Shown piece after piece: positions 28,418 through 32,166 of a stretch of 32,166 nucleotides of DNA. The stretch is taken from NCBI GenBank assembly GCA_943323675.2, contig CALPIR020000003.1, positions 1 through 32,166 of the forward strand, in the 5' to 3' direction. The translations under genes and the position numbers were made by a program. The stretch is from Chitinophaga pinensis. Lineage in GTDB: Bacteria > Bacteroidota > Bacteroidia > UKL13-3. Below the pieces are notes generated by a model. The model worked only from the letters and a program-made list of their open reading frames with translations, did not search any database and was not told the DNA's origin. Within the stretch, counting starts at the first letter, position 1. Every line of letters starts with the position of its first letter.

Positions 28418-29875
28418 CTAGGCAATGGTATTCTTTCTTTCAGAAAAAATAGTTACTCCCACAAATGTTAATAGCAGTATTGCATGCACAGCATACTTAA
28501 TAAATCCGTCTGGAATGAGCAAATATTTTGAAAGTAAAAACAAAGCCAATGCAAAACCTATGTATGCCAACAAACGCCCTATTTGATATGGAATAGGATA
28601 GTGTTTTACACCCACAGCATAACAGATTATTGCCATACTTGTATAGCAAATTAAGGTGGCCCAAGCACTACCCGTGTAACCTAGCAATGGCACTAAAATA
28701 ATATTTGCCAAGATGGTTATAACCGCACCTGTAGTAGAAATGATTGCGCCTTTATTGGTATTGTCACTTAGCTTATACCAAATAGAAAAATTATAATACA
28801 TACCCAAAAACATATTGGCAATTAATAAAACAGGCACCACGTGTAAACCCTCCCAATATCGGTTATTAATAAAGTGTTTAAACACATCAATGTATAAGGT
28901 AACCATTAAGAATAGTGCCAAACAAACCAGGGTAAAATAGTTCATTACTGTAGCATAAATATGGCGTTTATCATTGTCTTTTGCATGATTAAAAAAGAAA
29001 GGTTCAGCTGCGTATCTAAATGCCTGAATAAACAAACTCATTAATATGGAAAGCTTATAATTGGCACCATAAATACCCGTTGCCCTCAAGCCTTCTTGCA
29101 CATCAGTATAAACATAAGAAATAATAATTCTATCTAGCGTTTCATTAATCATACCTGCAAAACCAACCACCATTAATGGTAAGCCATATATTAACATTTC
29201 GCGCCATAAGGTTTTATTGAAAGATGCATTACGTATAGCTAAAATCTCTTTCCACAACAACGGTATAGTAACAATACTTGCTATTAAATTAGCCAGAAAA
29301 ATATAGCCGATATTTATTGTACCGTTATAAAGTGGTAGTAGCATTCCGGACTCATTTTGAAAGTAAGGACATAACAGCAAAAAATATAGATTTAAAAGTA
29401 TATTGGTAAAAATGTTGATGTTTTTAACAATGGCAAATTTTAGTGCTTTGTTTTGCTGACGTAAATATGCGAATGGCACAGCACTAATAGCGTCTAAGGC
29501 TATTATTGCTGTAAAATAAACAACATACTCGGGGTGTTCGGCCACATTAATAACCGAAGCTATTTGCTGTGAAAACACACCAAATAATAAACCAAAAAAT
29601 AATGATGAGCTAATTAAAGATGTTAAAGCCGTACTATAAACCTGAGCAGGCTTATCGTGTTTTTGAGAAAACCTAAAAAATGCAGTTTCCATTCCATAAG
29701 TTAACATCACATTAAAAAATGTAACATACGAATACATTAAGGTATTTATACCAAAGTCGGCAGTATCAAACAATGCTGTATGCAAAGGCACCAAAAGATA
29801 GTTTACAAATCGGCCTACAATCTGACTTAAACCATATACGGCTGTTTGTGACGCGAGTTTTTTGAGCGGATTCAA
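28418..29875 (-). CDS. MOP-superfamily oligosaccharide flippase / polysaccharide biosynthesis protein (Wzx-like)
   Basis: 485 aa, about 12-14 TM helices. LKKLASQTAVYGLS, YGMETAFFRF, INETLDR, GIYGANYKL, QAFRYAAEPFFF. TTG start. Confidence 0.85.
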   Translation of the reverse strand: MNPLKKLASQTAVYGLSQIVGRFVNYLLVPLHTALFDTADFGINTLMYSYVTFFNVMLTYGMETAFFRFSQKHDKPAQVYSTALTSLISSSLFFGLLFGVFSQQIASVINVAEHPEYVVYFTAIIALDAISAVPFAYLRQQNKALKFAIVKNINIFTNILLNLYFLLLCPYFQNESGMLLPLYNGTINIGYIFLANLIASIVTIPLLWKEILAIRNASFNKTLWREMLIYGLPLMVVGFAGMINETLDRIIISYVYTDVQEGLRATGIYGANYKLSILMSLFIQAFRYAAEPFFFNHAKDNDKRHIYATVMNYFTLVCLALFLMVTLYIDVFKHFINNRYWEGLHVVPVLLIANMFLGMYYNFSIWYKLSDNTNKGAIISTTGAVITILANIILVPLLGYTGSAWATLICYTSMAIICYAVGVKHYPIPYQIGRLLAYIGFALALFLLSKYLLIPDGFIKYAVHAILLLTFVGVTIFSERKNTIA

Positions 29876-29896
29876 CAGTGATTATTAATTAGGTTT

Positions 29897-29904
29897 CAAA
29901 AGTA
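29897..29904 (-). promoter_or_regulatory. Candidate -7 element (TACTTTTG) for the flippase gene
   Basis: Plus-strand CAAAAGTA equals an exact TAnnTTTG on the minus strand, 21 nt upstream of the start. Confidence 0.6.
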
Positions 29905-29974
29905 ATGTAAAATAATTAGCAGAATTTTCGTTGGTTATTAACAAACAGCGCAGGTTTGTATATTTTCGTGCAAC

Positions 29975-31783
29975 ATGTTTAAATATCTATTTTTACTATT
30001 TGGTTTTATTTCGGTTAGTGCCTTTGCCCAACAACAAGATGAGCAGTTGGCAGCCCAATACATGAGCAATAACGAATATGGCAAAGCCATTGAAGTATAC
30101 GAACGTCTATTTAACAAGGGTAATAAATCAACCTACTTGTATGACAACTTGCTTACTTGTTTCTTTAAATTAAACCAGTTTGAAGATGCCGAGAAGTTGG
30201 TAAAAAAGCAACAACGCAAAGAACCATTAAGTCCTTATTATGCGGCAGACCTTGGGTTTGTTTACGAAAAAGCAAATCAACCCGATAAAGCAAAAAAAAC
30301 CTACGACAACATTATACAAAAACTAAACCCCAGCTACGATGCCACGCTAGAAACAGCAAGTGCTTTTAGGAAACGTAATAAAACTGAATACGCGATTGCT
30401 ACCTATCAAAAATCGCGAAAAATTAATGGTGATAATGCCAATTTGTTTTGTGTTGAATTGGCACAGTTATATGCCGAAAAACAAGAAACCGCATTGATGT
30501 TGCAAGAATACCTTACTGCACTTAACCAAAACCCTGAAATGCTGGAAGATGTTCAAGGATACTTGCAATTATACTTAGATAAAGATGCAGACTACGAATT
30601 ACTGAAACAAACCTTACTTAAAAAAGCAAAGGACTTTCCAGCACACGAATTATATAGCGAAATGCTGGTTTGGCTTTATGTTCAGCGTAAAGACTTTGAC
30701 AATGCTTTAGTTCAAACTCGCGCAATTGATAAGCGACAAAGAAAACAAGGGGAGCGTATTCTTTTGTTAGCCGATTTAGCAGTTGCTAACCAAAAATACG
30801 ATGCGGCTGATAAGGCCTACAACGAAGTATTATTGTTAGGAAGCGATAAACCATTTTACATTAATGCCAAATTGGGTGTATTACATGCACGCAATCAAAA
30901 AATATTTTATAGCGGTAACTTTACACCACTTGATTTAATTGCTTTAGAAACCGAATACAATAACTTTTTAAAAGAGTTTGGCAGATACCCTTTTACAGCG
31001 CAAAGCATAAGGGAACTCGCACACCTACAAGCATATTATTTATTTAAATACCCTGATGCCATTAGCAACTACAACGAGCTAATTAATATGCCCCGATTAG
31101 ATAATAGGTTTAAAGCCGAATGTAAATTAGACTTAGGGGATATATATGTTTTGAAGGGCGAAGAATGGGAAGCCATGCTACTATACGGACAGGTTGACAA
31201 AGAATATTTGGAAGATCCATTAGGACAAGAAGCGAAATATAGAAATGCGAAACTGAGTTATTACTTAGGAGAGTTTGAATGGGCACGCGCACAACTTGAT
31301 GTATTGAAAACAGCAACCACACAATTGATTGCCAATAATGCCATTGAACTGAGTTTACAAATACAAGATAACACCATTGATAGTAACGAGGAGCCAATGC
31401 GTTGGTTTGCACGTGCAGATTTGTATTTATTTCAAAACAGAATTACTGATGCTCTAAGTGTTTTAGATAGTATTGAACAAATTTATCCTAAACATGAACT
31501 TACTGATGATGTAACTTATAAACGAGCTGAGGTTGCTGTAAAAGAAAAGAATTATAACAAAGCGGTATTATTATATGAGCGCGTTTACAAGGAACATGGT
31601 AGTGATATTTTAGGTGATAACGCCTTATTTTACATGGCCGAAATTTACGAGAGCAAATTAAATAACAAAGAAGAAGCTCGTAAATGTTATGAGCTATTTA
31701 TTGAAAAATATCCTGCAAGTTTCTTTTTAAACGAAGTTAGAAAACGTTATCGCGCTTTGCGTGGAGATAGCAATACCAACTAA
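29975..31783 (+). CDS. Exported tetratricopeptide-repeat protein
   Basis: Signal peptide MFKYLFLLFGFISVSAFA-Q and TPR-like helical repeats throughout (e.g. DNALFYMAEIYE..EEARKCYELFIEKYPAS). Near-consensus -7 box TATTTTCG at 29961-29968. Confidence 0.88.
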   Translation: MFKYLFLLFGFISVSAFAQQQDEQLAAQYMSNNEYGKAIEVYERLFNKGNKSTYLYDNLLTCFFKLNQFEDAEKLVKKQQRKEPLSPYYAADLGFVYEKANQPDKAKKTYDNIIQKLNPSYDATLETASAFRKRNKTEYAIATYQKSRKINGDNANLFCVELAQLYAEKQETALMLQEYLTALNQNPEMLEDVQGYLQLYLDKDADYELLKQTLLKKAKDFPAHELYSEMLVWLYVQRKDFDNALVQTRAIDKRQRKQGERILLLADLAVANQKYDAADKAYNEVLLLGSDKPFYINAKLGVLHARNQKIFYSGNFTPLDLIALETEYNNFLKEFGRYPFTAQSIRELAHLQAYYLFKYPDAISNYNELINMPRLDNRFKAECKLDLGDIYVLKGEEWEAMLLYGQVDKEYLEDPLGQEAKYRNAKLSYYLGEFEWARAQLDVLKTATTQLIANNAIELSLQIQDNTIDSNEEPMRWFARADLYLFQNRITDALSVLDSIEQIYPKHELTDDVTYKRAEVAVKEKNYNKAVLLYERVYKEHGSDILGDNALFYMAEIYESKLNNKEEARKCYELFIEKYPASFFLNEVRKRYRALRGDSNTN

Positions 31784-31784
31784 A

Positions 31785-32165
31785 TTAAAACAATGGTGTT
31801 TCCCTTATCTGTTTTATTGGGTTCATTAAATTCAGTTTTAAAGTAAAAGTCATGCGTTGACCAACTGAGTTGTGCAATGCTTCCCAACTTTCCGAAATAT
31901 TTGGATCGGCAAATACCGGTAAGTTTAACTGAAACGCTCCTTTAAATAACCAAAGACTTACTCCTGTTACGTAATGTAAATTGGCATTGTATATTACACT
32001 ATTCACGGTAGTGCTTCCACTTGTTGCAGAAACTAGTGTTCTGGTATTCATTACTGCCACATCAAAAAACAACCTAATAGGCAATACACCCGGAATGGTA
32101 GATGTAAAGTTAGCTGCTGCAGCCCAATCGTCTGTTTGCGCTAAACTGGCGTATGTTCTAAAACC
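31785..32165 (-). CDS. 3' end of a larger protein (partial); beta-strand-rich C-terminus, possibly of the large Bacteroidota M1-family metallopeptidases
   Basis: The frame stays open to the right edge (GFRTYASLAQTDDWAAAANFTSTIPGVLPIRLFFDVA..QRMTFTLKLNLMNP). The family guess is from recollection only; no catalytic motif lies in the window. Confidence 0.5.
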   Translation of the reverse strand, partial: GFRTYASLAQTDDWAAAANFTSTIPGVLPIRLFFDVAVMNTRTLVSATSGSTTVNSVIYNANLHYVTGVSLWLFKGAFQLNLPVFADPNISESWEALHNSVGQRMTFTLKLNLMNPIKQIRETPLF

Positions 32166-32166
32166 A

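Noticed and set aside
28418-29875. Treating the Wzx-like flippase as part of the glycan locus
   Set aside because: It is convergent, lies beyond a terminator and an unrelated gene, has its own promoter, and resembles a broadly conserved Bacteroidota gene. A link is not supported from sequence alone.
2733-31412. Short opposite-strand ORFs in the track (2733, 3926, 7929, 8409, 10706, 13219, 15981, 16034, 17854, 26134, 26941, 31110)
   Set aside because: All lie antisense to well-supported genes and show no recognisable motifs.
29975-31783. Naming the TPR protein as a specific T9SS or BAM component (SprE/PorW, BamD)
   Set aside because: It has no lipobox and no diagnostic motif I can verify, so it is left as a generic TPR protein.
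1-32166. tRNA/rRNA genes, CRISPR arrays, IS elements, integrases, invertible promoters
   Set aside because: I saw no such motifs, repeat-spacer periodicity, transposase or recombinase ORFs, or long inverted repeats flanking promoters. Small structured RNAs cannot be excluded without a covariance-model search.

Overview
AT-rich bacterial window, most likely Bacteroidota. The evidence is TAnnTTTG -7 promoter boxes just upstream of several genes, signal peptides cleaved before Gln, and A-rich translation starts. The left edge holds the 5' part of a large secreted fibronectin-III-repeat protein on the minus strand, which the ORF track omits. About 26 kb (2163-27865) is an unusually elaborate cell-surface glycan/glycoconjugate locus. 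In order it encodes: ACP, FabH-like KAS III, GtrB/ArnC-like GT2, PseH-like GNAT, an antisense GT-like gene, WecE-like aminotransferase and a Wzm/Wzt ABC exporter. A tightly coupled run follows, with three tandem PhyH-family Fe(II)/2-oxoglutarate dioxygenases, a SAM methyltransferase, a UbiA prenyltransferase, a transglutaminase-like lipoprotein, an AsnB-type amidotransferase, a nucleotide-sugar epimerase, a GT8-like protein, and an apparently split HTTM pair flanking an SGNH protein. Next come a minus-strand SxtI/SxtK/SxtJ-like carbamoylation triad (the 49-aa SxtK-like gene is not in the ORF track), another glycosyltransferase and an enlarged TMTC-like GT-C/TPR membrane protein. The right end has a hypothetical gene, a MOP/Wzx-like flippase, a TPR protein and the 3' end of another gene. 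I recognised no RNA genes, CRISPR arrays or mobile elements. All family calls come from motifs read by eye; no database searches were run.
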